A stretch of 64,000 nt of DNA, from NCBI GenBank assembly GCA_024704765.1, contig JAKMXF010000295.1:434001-498000 (forward strand). Direction: 5' to 3'. Below the pieces are notes generated by a model, which was not told the DNA's origin, searched no databases, and was given only the letters and a program-made list of their open reading frames with translations. Shown here one piece after another: positions 1 through 12,255 of this stretch (position 1 is its first letter; the number at the start of each line of letters is the position of its first letter). This DNA is from Oopsacas minuta (Eukaryota; Animalia; Porifera). The translations under genes and the position numbers were made by a program.

Positions 1-127
1 CTAACTTTCATATATTATAAGCCCATAAAGTTAAACTTCATATACTGAAAGTTTCAAGCTTATTCAATACAAATTATGATTTTTGGAGATAATTACGCAT
101 AGTCAATTCATACCTACTGTTCGATTG

Positions 128-1267
128 ATGACTTCAAAGGATGATAATTTCAACCTCAAATAACGAGCTTACATAGAGTTTCGCACAATACTCAAGATCC
201 AGCCCTTACAGATCTTCAGTGAGTAACAAGAGATATTGTGCGTGGATTGCCCTTCCAGATCCACTGTAGAGCGATGGGCTGCCCGTTTTAGATCTGGTGA
301 TGCTGATGTCACAAATTTGCCTCGATCTGGAAGACGGGTATCCACCACCACTTCAGTGAATATCGCACTCATTGAAAGTACGGTCTTGGAGGACAAGTGC
401 ATTATTGTCAATCAGTTAGAACAAAGTATGGAGATTTTATCGGGAGCTATTCATATAATTCTGACGACTGAGCTTGGCTACCGATCGATTTGTGGGAAAT
501 GGGTCCAGCATAAGTTCAGTGAGTATCAAAGGTTGGCACGAATGAATATTGCCACAAACCTTTAGAAACTTATGAGAACTGCGATTCTAGACGCCTAACA
601 GAGATTATTACTGGTAACGAGACATGGGTATACTATTCAGCATCATTTGGCAAGTATAAGAAGCGATCATGGGTGAAGGTCGACGAACAACCGGCGAAAA
701 TTCCTAGATCCGACTTTAGAAAACCTTAGATTATGTATACCATCTTCTTCAATAGTCATGTAATTGTCTTGCAATTACCTTGTGAGAGTGGCAAACCTGT
801 TACTGCTACTTTCTTTACAAAGCAAGTGCTTCCAAATTTTATAGAAAATATAGAAAATTACCGCCAAAAACCGGAACTATAGGAATGAAATTTTATTGAT
901 AAAGCCAGTTCCTATACAGCTAAGCTAACCAAAAATTTCTTGGATGTAGAAGGGTTAGAACTACTTCCCAGCCACAATACTCTCCAGACCTAGCTCCTTG
1001 TGATTTTTGGCTATTCCCCAAGCTTAAAATCTACCTTCAAGGCAAAGATTCGGACACACTACAAGCACTGGGAACGGGCCTGTACCAGTACTACAAATCC
1101 ATCTCCGAAATGAGTGCATAAATGTGTTTTACAAGTGGGTTGAAAGGTTAAAACTTTGTGTATCTGCAGGAGGTGATTACATTGAATAAATAATGTAGTG
1201 AATTAGTGTGTATAGTGTTTGTACCCTGTCGTATCATATCACCCGCAAGATTTATTGAACGCCCTAG
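128..1267 (+). mobile_element. Degenerate mariner (DD34D-type), 5' TIR missing
   Basis: Broken ORF with STVERW..RSGR, WVQH (WVPH), HxPxSPDLAPCDFWLF. Right TIR ..gatttattgaacgccctag followed by TA. Confidence 0.9.
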
Positions 1268-1269
1268 TA

Positions 1270-1593
1270 CATGTTGAAAAGTTGGCTCGTTCTAAAGTTA
1301 TTGTAGTGACCATCGATAGCATATTTTGGTCAATCTTCACTTATAACTTGACAAACTTATAGATATGGCTACATCGTCTTGTAATCAGGTTCTATATACC
1401 CAACTTTCAATACCCTAATACATTTTGATGTAGTCTCAGACCATTAAGACTCAATAGTCAATTATACCATGCGATCATTTTCAAGATTGCGTCATAATGG
1501 TCTTAGATGCGATATCAAAATGTATTAGAAGAGTGTGGGAAGTTGGGCATATAGAACCTGTTTGCATCACAATTTGGCCAAATCTATAAATAT
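1270..1593. repeat. Foldback/palindromic element hosting the mariner insertions
   Basis: About 1387-1445 is the imperfect reverse complement of about 1496-1560. The arm at 1275-1360 has its partner at 5125-5202 once the inversion is undone (see findings). Confidence 0.7.
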
Positions 1594-1595
1594 TA

Positions 1596-4500
1596 CAAGG
1601 GTTGATCAATAAATAATGATTCTTTTTTTCATAATTCAGATAGTTAACCTATACTTATCATAATTGATTATCAAATGTTTTGATAAATTCTCCCTTTAAC
1701 TTTATATATCGTTTCCATCGTTCTCGTAACTTTTCCAGCCCAGTGGTATAGAATACTTTAGGGGTCCCTTTTTGCCACTGTTTTATTTCATACTCCAGCC
1801 GTTTGAAACCCTCAAATCTCTTCCCTCGAAGAGGTCTCTTCATCTCTCCGGACAGCCAGTAGTCGCTGGGAGCCAGGTCTGGACTATACGGGGGATGAGG
1901 GAGGCATTCGAATCCTAAGTCGTCAATTGCAGCCATTGTCTTGGAGTTTACATGGGGCCTTGCGTTGTCATGTCGCAGCAATATGCCACGTGTCAACTTG
2001 CCTTGCCTCTCACGTTTAATCGCTTGACGCAATTCTTTCAATTCGTCAACGTAATAATCACTGTTTATGGTTGTCTTCTCAGGCAACCAGTCGAGGTGTA
2101 TAATTCATTCCCTATCCCAAAATACTATTGCCATTCTCTACCCTGCTGAATTTTGGGCCTTTACCTTGATGGGACAGGTTCATCACGTATTTTAACTACT
2201 TGGATTGAGTTTTGCCATCTGGTACATAATAATGAAACCAAGTTTCATCCCCCGTTACTATACGATCCAAAAAGTCTTGTTCTGCCTTGTATCTTGAAAG
2301 TAATTCTTTGCTAACTCTACCCTTTCGCGTTTTTGTTCTTTTGAAAGAAGTTGTGGGACCCAACGCGCAGTTACCTTCGTCATTTCCAGATCGTCAGTGA
2401 TAACACAAGCCTACACTTTTTAGTTGTAATGATTTTGTCAACTGATACATAGTAATTCTGTGTTGCTGATTCCGATTATTTACTCAGTTTCTCCCTAATA
2501 CGTCAAGTTATCTCACAATCCTATTACTACATTTATAGAACAAAATTGGTTTCAACCCTTATATGTTAGATTAGATCAATGAAATTTCTGAAAATATCAA
2601 TATTTCATTGACTAAGAATAATGATATAATTGTTACTAATATGAATGGATGAAAGTAATACTATAAACATGTAATATGAGCACTATTCAATCTAAAAACT
2701 TTCTCTTGTTTGACTTTCTTGAATGTTGTTCGTTAGAACAATCTCTTTTTAGGCACCAACAGTAATCTGCCATCATATGTGTGTCCCATCTTCCTTGATT
2801 TCGCTGTTCCATCACTTTTATGTCTTGATGGAATCGTTCACCTTGTTCTTCACTCATATCACCTAGATTATCCGGAAATCTATCAAGATAGTCTCTCAAA
2901 TAATGAATTTTAATACTCGTATTACAGCCAAGAGCATGATAACTGTCGACTAACTCTGTGACTAGTTCTTTGTAGTTGGATGCCTTTTTATTACCAAGGA
3001 AATTCGAAACGACAATAGAGAAAGCCTGCCACGCTCTCTTCTCTTCCTCGTTCATTGAATCTTTGAAACTGTTATCCTAAGTAACTTCGAATCTGTGGAC
3101 CTTCAAATTTCCCTGCCTTTTTCTTCTCTTCACTGATTTCTGGAAAATAATTTCGGATATACTTGAAACAATATCTGTCTTTATCCAGTACTTTGATGAA
3201 TTGCTTCATTAAACCAAGCTTAATGTGGAGAGGTAGAATTATTTTATTTGTATGTACCAGAGAGTTATTAATTATATTTTTGTCCCAACTTTCAAACATT
3301 CTCTCGGAGACCACTTTTCCCTTATCCAATGCTGGTTCCTATCTCTACTGTCTCAATATCAAAGGAAACAGGGGTACTTAGTGAACCCAGATTGTTGTCC
3401 TAATAGAAAGTCGACCATTTTGAGATCAACACAGATGACCCAATCATGTGCAGAGTAGTTAATAATCTCTAATATCTCTTTCACATTATTGTACTCCTCT
3501 TTGAGTTTAACTGAATATCCTATAGGAATTGAACCGAATATATTTCCATTATGGAGTAGTACACATTTCAGACTCCTTTTGGAGCTCTCAATAAACAGCC
3601 TCCAGTCACTTGGATTGTAGTTCGGAATTCCCATTGCCAGTAGAAGATCCTCAATATTTGGACAAACAACCAAACCATTCTTTTCGCAGAAATACTGTTG
3701 AAACTCTTGCTCCCTGTAACGGTATATTGTTACCTTTGTTCCTTGATGGAGTAGATTATTTTCTTTCAATCTAGATGCAAGCAACTCAGAAGATTCTTTC
3801 GAGAGGTCAAGGTCACGAATTAAATCATTCAATTCCTCTTGGTTAAAGAGAGAAGGCTCCGAGGAAGGACCTTGAAAATCAACATCATATTCACAGTCAT
3901 GATCATTGACTTCTTCCGAATTGGCACCATCTTCATCATCATAGAATCCGAGAAACTGAATATTGATACAGGTAGATCACTACAATGAGGGACTAGTCGA
4001 ATAGCAGATTCTAAATTTGGGTAATTCAGCCGGTGTCTGTCACTCTTTTTACAGCCCATAACATTAACCATGCAGAAATAACAATCATCGAAATGATTTT
4101 TTTGATTCTCTCCAAATCATAGGAATTCCGAAAGGGAGGTGTTTCTCTTTACCCTTACTCCAAGACCTCAATAATTCTACACAAGATTTACAGACCTTAT
4201 GAGGTGCCCAACTTTTGTCCTGGTCGCCCAGCTTAACTTTGAAATATGCATGATAAGCTCTATTCACAAATTCAGTAATATTCTGCATCTGAAGTTTCGG
4301 AGTATAGAAACCACAAATATAACAAAGAATGTCTGGAGAATTGAAACACTTTCTTTTCGACATATCAACAAAAAAGAATAACAAACTAGTCAAAAACCAA
4401 TTAGCAAATAGGACTATTTGAATATATATATACTATGTACATAATGCTATTGTTGTAATATGTAATCATGATGAATTTTTGGCAAAAAATCGAAATTTTT

Positions 4501-4804
4501 CTGAAAATGTAGCTATATGGTTGTGAAAAACCTGACGTGATAAGAAAAAACTGAATAGATATTCAGAATCAGCGCACCTAAATTAGTCTAAATCAGTGGT
4601 CAAAATATAAACAACTGCAGTATAACATTTTTTTGTAGCCCTGTGTAATCGAGTGTAGTGTGGCTTTTGATATACCTACACTTTCTTCTAACTCTCGCAG
4701 GGTTATTCGTCTGTCCTCGTCCAAACTTGTTTGTACCCTCTCGATATTACTGCTGGTTTTTGAGGAACTCGGACAACCTGGACTAGGGTCATCGTGGAGT
4801 TCCT
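1596..4804 (-). mobile_element. Mariner A (DD34D), 3' portion, interrupted by a nested element at 2404-4645
   Basis: TA|caagggttgatcaataa TIR. ORF 1658-2086 has HDNARPH-34-D. WVPQLL at about 2350. ..ATLHSI|ITDDLEM.. is continuous across the nested insert. Confidence 0.92.
2404..4645 (-). mobile_element. Chapaev3-like (CMC) DNA transposon with frameshifted transposase
   Basis: CAC..GTG termini, 3-bp TSD TAA (2401-2403, 4646-4648), about 150-bp imperfect TIRs. ORF pieces 4085-4393, 3829-4071, 3359-3832, 3072-3329, 2687-3055 carry CYICG..WAPHKVCKSC, RLFIESSKRSLK, DLKMV and SEEQGERFHQD. Family name from recalled TSD and termini features. Confidence 0.75.
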
Positions 4805-4918
4805 ATGAATGAAAGTTTCAAAGTAGACTAATAAAATATGCCTGAAATGATGGATGCGGAAATTTCCGATTGATTAATGGTTTCATATCAAACGGCAAAA
4901 CTTTTCGAGTGCCCCTCG
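4805..4918 (-). mobile_element. 5' TIR and leader of mariner B, displaced by inversion
   Basis: aaaacttttcgagtgcccctcg|TA matches the TIR at 6726-6747 (aaaacttttcgaatgcccttcg|TA). Confidence 0.8.
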
Positions 4919-5204
4919 TACAGTTAAAATTTTGATTAGTATGGACATTCAACAAGAACTTTGGACATAATTAATTACCTATAGATTCATAAATACTTGG
5001 GCGGTAGGTAATTCTTTTGTTGACAAAATGCACAAATTTGAAAGTACTGTAAAGAATGCCTTTATAGTACAAAATTTACGAATTTCTTCTAAAGATGTGT
5101 TTTTACAAAATTTATAAGATGTCATTGAAATGTTGGCATGTTCTAGAGTTATTGTAGTGACCATGCATAGCATATTTTGGTCATTCTTCACCTTTAACTG
5201 GATA

Positions 5205-5552
5205 CAAGGGTTGTTCAATAAGTAATGAAACTAATGTATCGAATTCATATTCTAGTAAATACAGTTCTAAGCCTAGTATCAGATTACAAGCCTAACTTGA
5301 CTGTCTAACTTCGATACAATATACTCTTTACTCGACTAGCATATTCTTAAGTATAAAGTTTCATTTGTATGGGCTACTTTTTTCAACTAATGGATTTTAG
5401 CAAAGAAGGAAAACGACAAATAATTTGGTACCTGTGGTAAAAGGAGAAGACTGGTTCATACATTCTTCGTGAAATACAGGATATATTCGGTGATGAATGT
5501 CCTTCGAAAGCCACGATATATAGGTTGATCGAACGTTTTGATAATGGCGATG
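5205..5552 (+). mobile_element. 5' TIR and N-terminal HTH of mariner A, displaced by inversion
   Basis: TA|caagggttgttcaataagt matches the TIR at 1596. Encodes MDFSKEGKRQIIWYLW*KEK..SKATIYRLIERFDNGD. Confidence 0.8.
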
Positions 5553-6747
5553 ATTTATCTTGTCCACTTTCATAAATTTGCTAATTTTAGTGTACATGGC
5601 TTCTAAAATATCTCAATCTAAATCAGATCTCACAAAACGTGATTTTCAAGCAACAATTTTGATCTTATTCAAACTACAGAAGACAAGAGTAGAAATCTAT
5701 GAATCTTTACAGGAACATTTCCCGGATCTAGCTCCTTCTCTAAGTACAGTTGAACGATGGTACAGGGAATTTATTCACGGAAACTTTGTTCTTGAAGATG
5801 CCCCTCGTTCAGGAAGACCGAATATTTCACATAATGAAGAAAGTGTTAACGAAATGCTAGATCTAATTACTAGAGATCCTCATATTACTTACGCTCAGTT
5901 AGAGTATGAAACGGAGTTATCATCGGGGACAATTAATATCATTTTGCACAAAGAACTTTGTGTCAGGAAGTTGTGTGCCCGATGGATCCCCCATTCTTTG
6001 AACTTACAGCAAAAATTATCCCGCATAGACTTTTGCAAAATTATGCTCAAAAGGTTTGCTACTGGAAGTTCAAGAGCTGTTTCTGAGATCCTTACAGGTG
6101 ATGAGACATGGATATGCCATTATGATCCAAAAACAAAGCGAATGTCAAAGGAGTGGGTTGAAGAAGATGCCCCACCTTCAACCAAAATGCGGAGGGCTAG
6201 ATCTGTTGAGAAACAAATGAGGGCGATGCTTTTCAGATCTAGTGGGTTTGTGGAAACTGTTGCTCTCGAGGATAGAAAGACTGTTACTGCCGACTGGTAC
6301 GCTACAGTGTGCCTACCCAAAGTAATCACAACAATTGAGTCACAGCGGGAGAAGACAGGCATTATAGGAATTCTTCTTCATCATGATAATGCATCATCGC
6401 ATACGGCAATCAGAACTCGTGAGTTATTGGAAAATTCTGGACTCAAAACATTACCTCACCCGCCCTACAGTCCTGATTTGCCCCTTGCGACTTCTGGTTG
6501 TTCCCTAGGCACAAAGATCAATTTCGTGGGAGGAGATTTTCGACTAATGAAGAGTTGAGAGGGGCGCTTTTCCCAGCGATCGGAGACATACCCAAAGAAG
6601 AGTGGAAAAAATGTTTTGATAATTGGTTTGCCAGAATGAAAAACTGTAAAGATTGTCAGGGAGAGTATTTTGAATAAATATAATAGTCAATTTTATTATT
6701 GCTATCTGATATGTCGGTCAATGTTAAAACTTTTCGAATGCCCTTCG
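5553..6747 (+). mobile_element. Mariner B (DD34D), transposase nearly intact with one frameshift near 6480
   Basis: ATG 5596. WIPHSL, TGDETW, HHDNASSH, HPPYSPDL, then after a frameshift APCDFWLFP..GEYFE* near 6678. Right TIR followed by TA. Confidence 0.93.
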
Positions 6748-8104
6748 TATTCATGAACAGCTTATGAGATTGGCATTTCGAGGTGCAATTTCAGGTGCTT
6801 GGGCACTTATAATTCATGGAGGATCACACCGAAGTTCTGAAAATATGTCTTCGAAAATCCGAATACGAGAAGTTGAAATTTTCTTGGGTCGAAACTTTGT
6901 ATCCGATAAAAATCGTGGTGGTGTAAATATAGGCTAACCCATTCGATTGCTTTTGAGTCAATTTTTTTGGTCATATTCGTGTTTTGCTTCAATCTTCCAG
7001 ACATTTGTTATTGGCGACTCATTCCCTCGACTATTCGCGATTTTCCATACACACATCAGCAATTTGATAGAACATTATACAGTTTTTTTCTAAATATTTC
7101 ATATATTTTCTTTTAATATATGTATTGAATTTGTATTTTGAGCATTAGCATTTTAAATATCATGTAACACACTAGATCAAATATTGTGCTTTTTAAAGGC
7201 TGACTAATACAATTACATAGTATGATAGTTCAGTTCTAAAATCGTTGATTCAGTATATTAGTGAATATATATATGTTTCCGCTCAACTGTTCATACCTGT
7301 GTGCGTGTAGTTACATCTAGTTGTGCACCTGAAATTGAAAAATTTATAATGTGTATTTTCACACCTTTTGACAACTATTGACACCTCGGTATTTTACCCC
7401 AATCAGCTTGTGTGGTTTTACATTTAGGCATAAATGCATAAAATTTGTTCTGGTGGTGTAGATCTACTTAGCACTGCTTTGTACTTGTATTGAAGTAGAC
7501 TCAATTCTATTCTTCAATACATCTATAAAATTTAAACGCAATTAATCTGTGTATATATATATATATATATGAGTGTATATTTATGTTTGTATGTCCAGAA
7601 TTGCTAAAGAAACTGGAAGTCCCCCAGGGCTGAGTTTTGGCATAAAGGTGTATTTTGGGTCTGGCTCGTCAGCTCTTTAGAATTTCAAATAATCATACTA
7701 ATAACCACTGCTCCGCCAATATACCTGATGGAAGTTTGAAATATGAATCTCACCCCTCAATGTGACAAATATCAGATTTTCTTAATGCCTGAGGACGAAG
7801 TGCCGGAATACTAACCAAAAGCAACATAGCATCGATTTTGGGAAGTAATCTCGGAAAGTGTCACCACTAGTGGTGATAACCGCTTATTTAACCGGTTAGT
7901 TAAATAAATTAACTATTCCATAACCGGGTAGTGAATTTCAAATAACAGGGTATTATAGAACCATAAATATGAACAATTTTTTATCTGATCTGCAAATTAC
8001 TCACAAATTGTCACTTATATATATTTCCCTGGCTTACATTTTTGGCATTAAACGCGTTTTTGAAATCTGAGAGCAATTGATATTAGCTACTAATTAGGTT
8101 AGGA

Positions 8105-8375
8105 CGTAGGCACAACTAGGGGTTTTTTGGGTGGGAATGTGCCCACCCACAAAAGATTAGTGGGTGGGCGGGGAGGCATAATACAGTTATCAATGATGTT
8201 ACATATAACACTTGATAATAATCCCATTTATAATCGACACAGTAAAATGAACTGAATTATTGAAAATAATCTATTATAGTCAGGAAAATTGGTAATATAA
8301 GAAATGTTCAACAACCAAAACTTATTGCTCTATGAGTCATGCACACCCAGCTCTGAGAACTTAGTTGCGCCTATG
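8105..8375. mobile_element. hAT-type MITE
   Basis: TIR cgtaggcacaact / agttgcgcctatg, exact 8-bp TSD GGTTAGGA. Confidence 0.85.
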
Positions 8376-8664
8376 GGTTAGGAGATTACTATGTTACTAC
8401 TACAAGCAAGCTACGTTTACTTGCGTTGCATGGCACGCCAACACTTTGTGTTCGCGAGTGGCACCCTATGGGTACCCACTGTATTCTTTGTATTTTCCTA
8501 TTGAACATGTGCATATCAACGATTTACATTTTTCATTATAGCATTACATTAGCCATAAATTTAATTCCACATTATAGTTTGGTAAACTTTTATGGAATCG
8601 ATAAATAATTTATCTACATGTCTTTCAACGCTTTAGTATATCATGCCATTTGAACTACACACTA

Positions 8665-9966
8665 CAGGGTTCGGCATAAGTTCTGCAGCAAAATTTAACT
8701 TAAGCTAGAAGTTCTGCGAATTGTTTTAAGTGAATATTAATTTATCATAGATTATCTTCAATATTTTTCTAAACAATATTTAGAGTATTGAGTCCTACTA
8801 GAAAAATTTTTTTGATTTATGGAGAAAGAAGCAAAACGGTCATTGATAATCTTGTATCATGATGAAGGTAAGTCAGCTTCCGTAATATCAAAAATACTGT
8901 CCATAAACAGATGGATAGTCTACCGTACAATCAAACGTTACAAGGAGACTGGCAGTACCTAGGACAGGTTCAGAAAAGGTAGACCTCGTTCTGTTCGTAC
9001 TCCTGCTGTTAGGAAGCTCGTCCGGGAGAGGGTCAGGAAGAATCCTGTCAGAAGCATCCAAGGCATGGCAAAAGACTTCAATATTACAACCAGAAGTATG
9101 GGGAAGATAGTAAAAGAGGATTTAGGCTTGAAATGCTACAAATTTCGAGAGGTACAGTAACTTTCTGAGGTGAATAAGAGGCGTTGGTATGAAAAATGTC
9201 TGATTCTGAGAAAAAGGTTCACTGGTGGCACGCACCAGAGTATTGTCTTCTCCGATGAGAAGATTTTGACCGTAGAAATGGTATATAATCACCAAAACAG
9301 TCGAATTCTTGCTCCAGATCAAAAGTCTATATCGTCATCAATACGCACAATCGAAAGAACTCAGAAACCTGCATCGGTCATGGTTTGGGGAGCTATTACT
9401 TCTGATGGTCGGACACCTCTGGTGTTCATTGACAAAGGGGTGAAAATTAACAAAGAAGTGTATGTAGAGAGCATTTTAGAGAACACATTGAAGCCTTGGG
9501 CTGGTGAGCACTTCAATGGCACGCATTGGGTGTTCCAGTAAGATTCCGCTCCCCCCCACAAAGCCAAAATGACATCTGAGTCGTTGAAACTCAATGTACC
9601 GGAATTTATATCAACTGAAGAATGGCCGACCTCTTCTCCAGATCTAAACCCTATGAATTTCTGTATATGGTCCATCTTAGAGTCCAGGGTATGTGCAAAG
9701 CCTCACAAGAATGTCGAAAGTCTGAAGTCTTCCTTGAAAAGAGAGTGTGATTTAATCAGTGAGGACGTGTTGCTTGCTGCTGTCGATAATTTCTATAAGC
9801 GATTGAGCCTATTTATCGCAGCAAAGGGCAATACATTTGAAGAGCTAGATTAATTTCGTATCCTTAGCATGTATGTTCACTTATTCATTACGAATTTCAA
9901 CTACTATTATGGTAAAATAAGAAATATACTAGTTTATACTTGTTGCAGAACTTTTGCCTAACCCTG
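8665..9966 (+). mobile_element. maT (DD37D-type) Tc1/mariner element, defective
   Basis: TA-flanked cagggtt.. TIRs. FSDEK, *DSAP-37-N, WPTSSPDLNPM. Three in-frame stops. Confidence 0.95.
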
Positions 9967-11056
9967 TATAAACTGTAATATAATTTCTAAGTACCGTAAT
10001 TCAATTTGCACAAAATTAGATGCATGTTTAACAAATTGGAATTGAAAAAATTTGCGCTATTGGAACCATTGCATCCTAATTTGACTGGGTTAGAGCCTAT
10101 ATCAAATGATTACCACAATTGGTACATCCTCGAATCTGATAAGTCAATCCATTAGACACCTATTTGAGAGAGTTTCTGAGATATCCCTTAGATCATAGAA
10201 GCTGTTCCTAGATTTAACACTTTCCACACATATGCCAAATTTCAATTTTGTATATTTTACCAGGTCCTCAATCAATTCCTGACAAAAACTATTAACTAAC
10301 AAATTATATAATAGATAATTTTAGTGAGTACATCTCTATTTAGTTGAACTTCATTTAAGTACATTACTACTAGTGTATATTTATATTAGCATAAACATGC
10401 ATTAACCGGTCATGTATGATAAAAGTATTCGATAACCGGTTATTGGATACAAGGTATTCATTTAACAACCCTAGTCACCACCGAAGGCCATTCTATGTAA
10501 TTTGGATAGACCATGGATAATAAAATTTAACTCTTCTGTGAACTCGAAGCGAGTTGTGCCAAGTAATGAACGATTATATCTGGTCGCGTGGTGACCTATA
10601 GCACTAGGAAATTTAGCAGTTTATTCATGAAGCTAACCCGAAGCACTAAGCTGTCGGCAGCGACCTAGCAAGCGATGCGCGCACGCTAGTTTTATTTAAT
10701 ATGCATACACTGATTTATTATGAGATTAATAATATTTTCACACCTTGATTAGGGTTCCACATTTTAAATAGGAGTAAACAGGGACGTTGGACTCGATTTT
10801 GAAATTTTTAATAGTCTAACAAGATCAGTAGAATTCAATTTTACCTTTCTTGCTAAAATGGATATGTAGTGGAATAATATAGTTTCAATTATCCACTCAA
10901 ATATACTTGGTAAAATTTAAGTCGGCACAGACTGTGATTTGAGATTTTAATATTTAGTATTTCAAGAACCTAAAATTTCCCATTGCTCTTTTGCCCAAGT
11001 AAAACTGTTGACTCTCAACTCAATTTGTGATTAAAACCTATAATTTCACTCATAAC

Positions 11057-11751
11057 CAGGGGTGTAGTGTAGGACGAGCGGCGCTCCCCCACTACAAATT
11101 CAAGGGGAGAGGCGCTCCTTCACTTTAACTTGATTATTGTTATATTATTATAATATGGGTAGATTAAGTTTCCGGAGTTGCCCTTCTTTCGCACTCTAGT
11201 CAACTCCGCTTAATGGTGTAACATCGGCTCCAGGCCATTTCCAACCAATTAAGCGTATTAGATGTCATGGTCTGGTCTCCGGAATTATTTAACATCGCAG
11301 TGCACTATTTTGGCCAAGTGATCTTATCAAGCGTGTGGAAATTTGCATATTCTGGACCATTATAACAACGGTGCAATTGGGCTTTGTCATATGGTCTCTC
11401 AATAATTGATGGCCTCTACACCTACAGTTATGTGAAATTCAATAAAAGATTATTTCATAATTTTTCAACTCAGAGATGTGGCAAAGAGTAGCAAAAGGGG
11501 GCCTAGAATTCAATACTGATGCTTTATATCATTATTTAATATAGAATCGTTTGGCAAGAAAGATTGCGGAGTCGACTGTTACATCTGCACCGAAGAAGGA
11601 CAACATTATTTGGAAGTATTTTTAGTTTATATTACTCGTAATGTGGATTACAACATGTTTGGTTGATTGAAAATTATATTTGTTATACAAATTTTTGCGT
11701 AATATATTCTTTTATATGGCTCCCACTAGAAATTTGAGGACTACACCTCTG
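11057..11751. mobile_element. hAT-like MITE
   Basis: caggggtgtagt..actacacctctg inverted termini. TSD not convincing. Confidence 0.55.
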
Positions 11752-11920
11752 TGTATAAATATTATCTATTATTGATTTTGATTGTGTTTATTAGTACTGT
11801 GTGTTTGTTAACCAGAAATCTAGGAATCTAACCCCAGTATTCTCATTAAACTTTAGTCTACCGTTAGCGATTTGTCGTTCACTATAATTTCCTCGAACTG
11901 CGAGGTTCGACTCTCTCTAC

Positions 11921-12255
11921 GACATTTTAATACGATCTTTCGAGTCCTCAAAGCCTCCTAATTTCCTTTAGATTTTCCTGCAGATTTCTTACAGATACAT
12001 CCTTTTCGGGTATATTTCAACTATAAATGCGTGAAATATTGCTAAAATGACAATCATGGAATTTTTACTAGTTAAATATCTTTACATAATTATCTAGTAT
12101 CAATACCGAGATCTACATCTTTGCTATATATTATTTATTTAGAGTAGAAATATACTATGAAAAAGAATGGTACCTTCATGTAACTGTTAGAAATCTGCAG
12201 AAAAATGAAAAATTAGGGGCATGTACGCTGATCTAGAAAAATCGTATTACAAGGT
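11921..12255. repeat. Long imperfect inverted repeat (MITE-like)
   Basis: About 11921-12015 is reverse-complementary to about 12147-12255 (e.g. ttttcctgcagatttct / agaaatctgcagaaaa). Confidence 0.6.

Larger units (their letters stand above)
7868..10473. mobile_element. hAT-type non-autonomous element
   Basis: TAG..CTA termini, exact 8-bp TSD GTCACCAC (7860-7867, 10474-10481), aaccgg subterminal repeats. Confidence 0.85.
7580..10690 (+). mobile_element. Helitron-like non-autonomous element (copy A), interrupted by nested inserts
   Basis: Shares blocks (ctaaccaaaagc, ccatggataata, gcactaagctgtcg) with copies at about 14255-15000 and about 19960-20418. 3' GC-rich hairpin ending CTAG|T. Confidence 0.5.

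Noticed and set aside
5560-6558. SETMAR-like domesticated gene
   Set aside because: No SET domain or spliced upstream exon. It has a TIR, a TA TSD and a frameshift, so it is an ordinary mariner.
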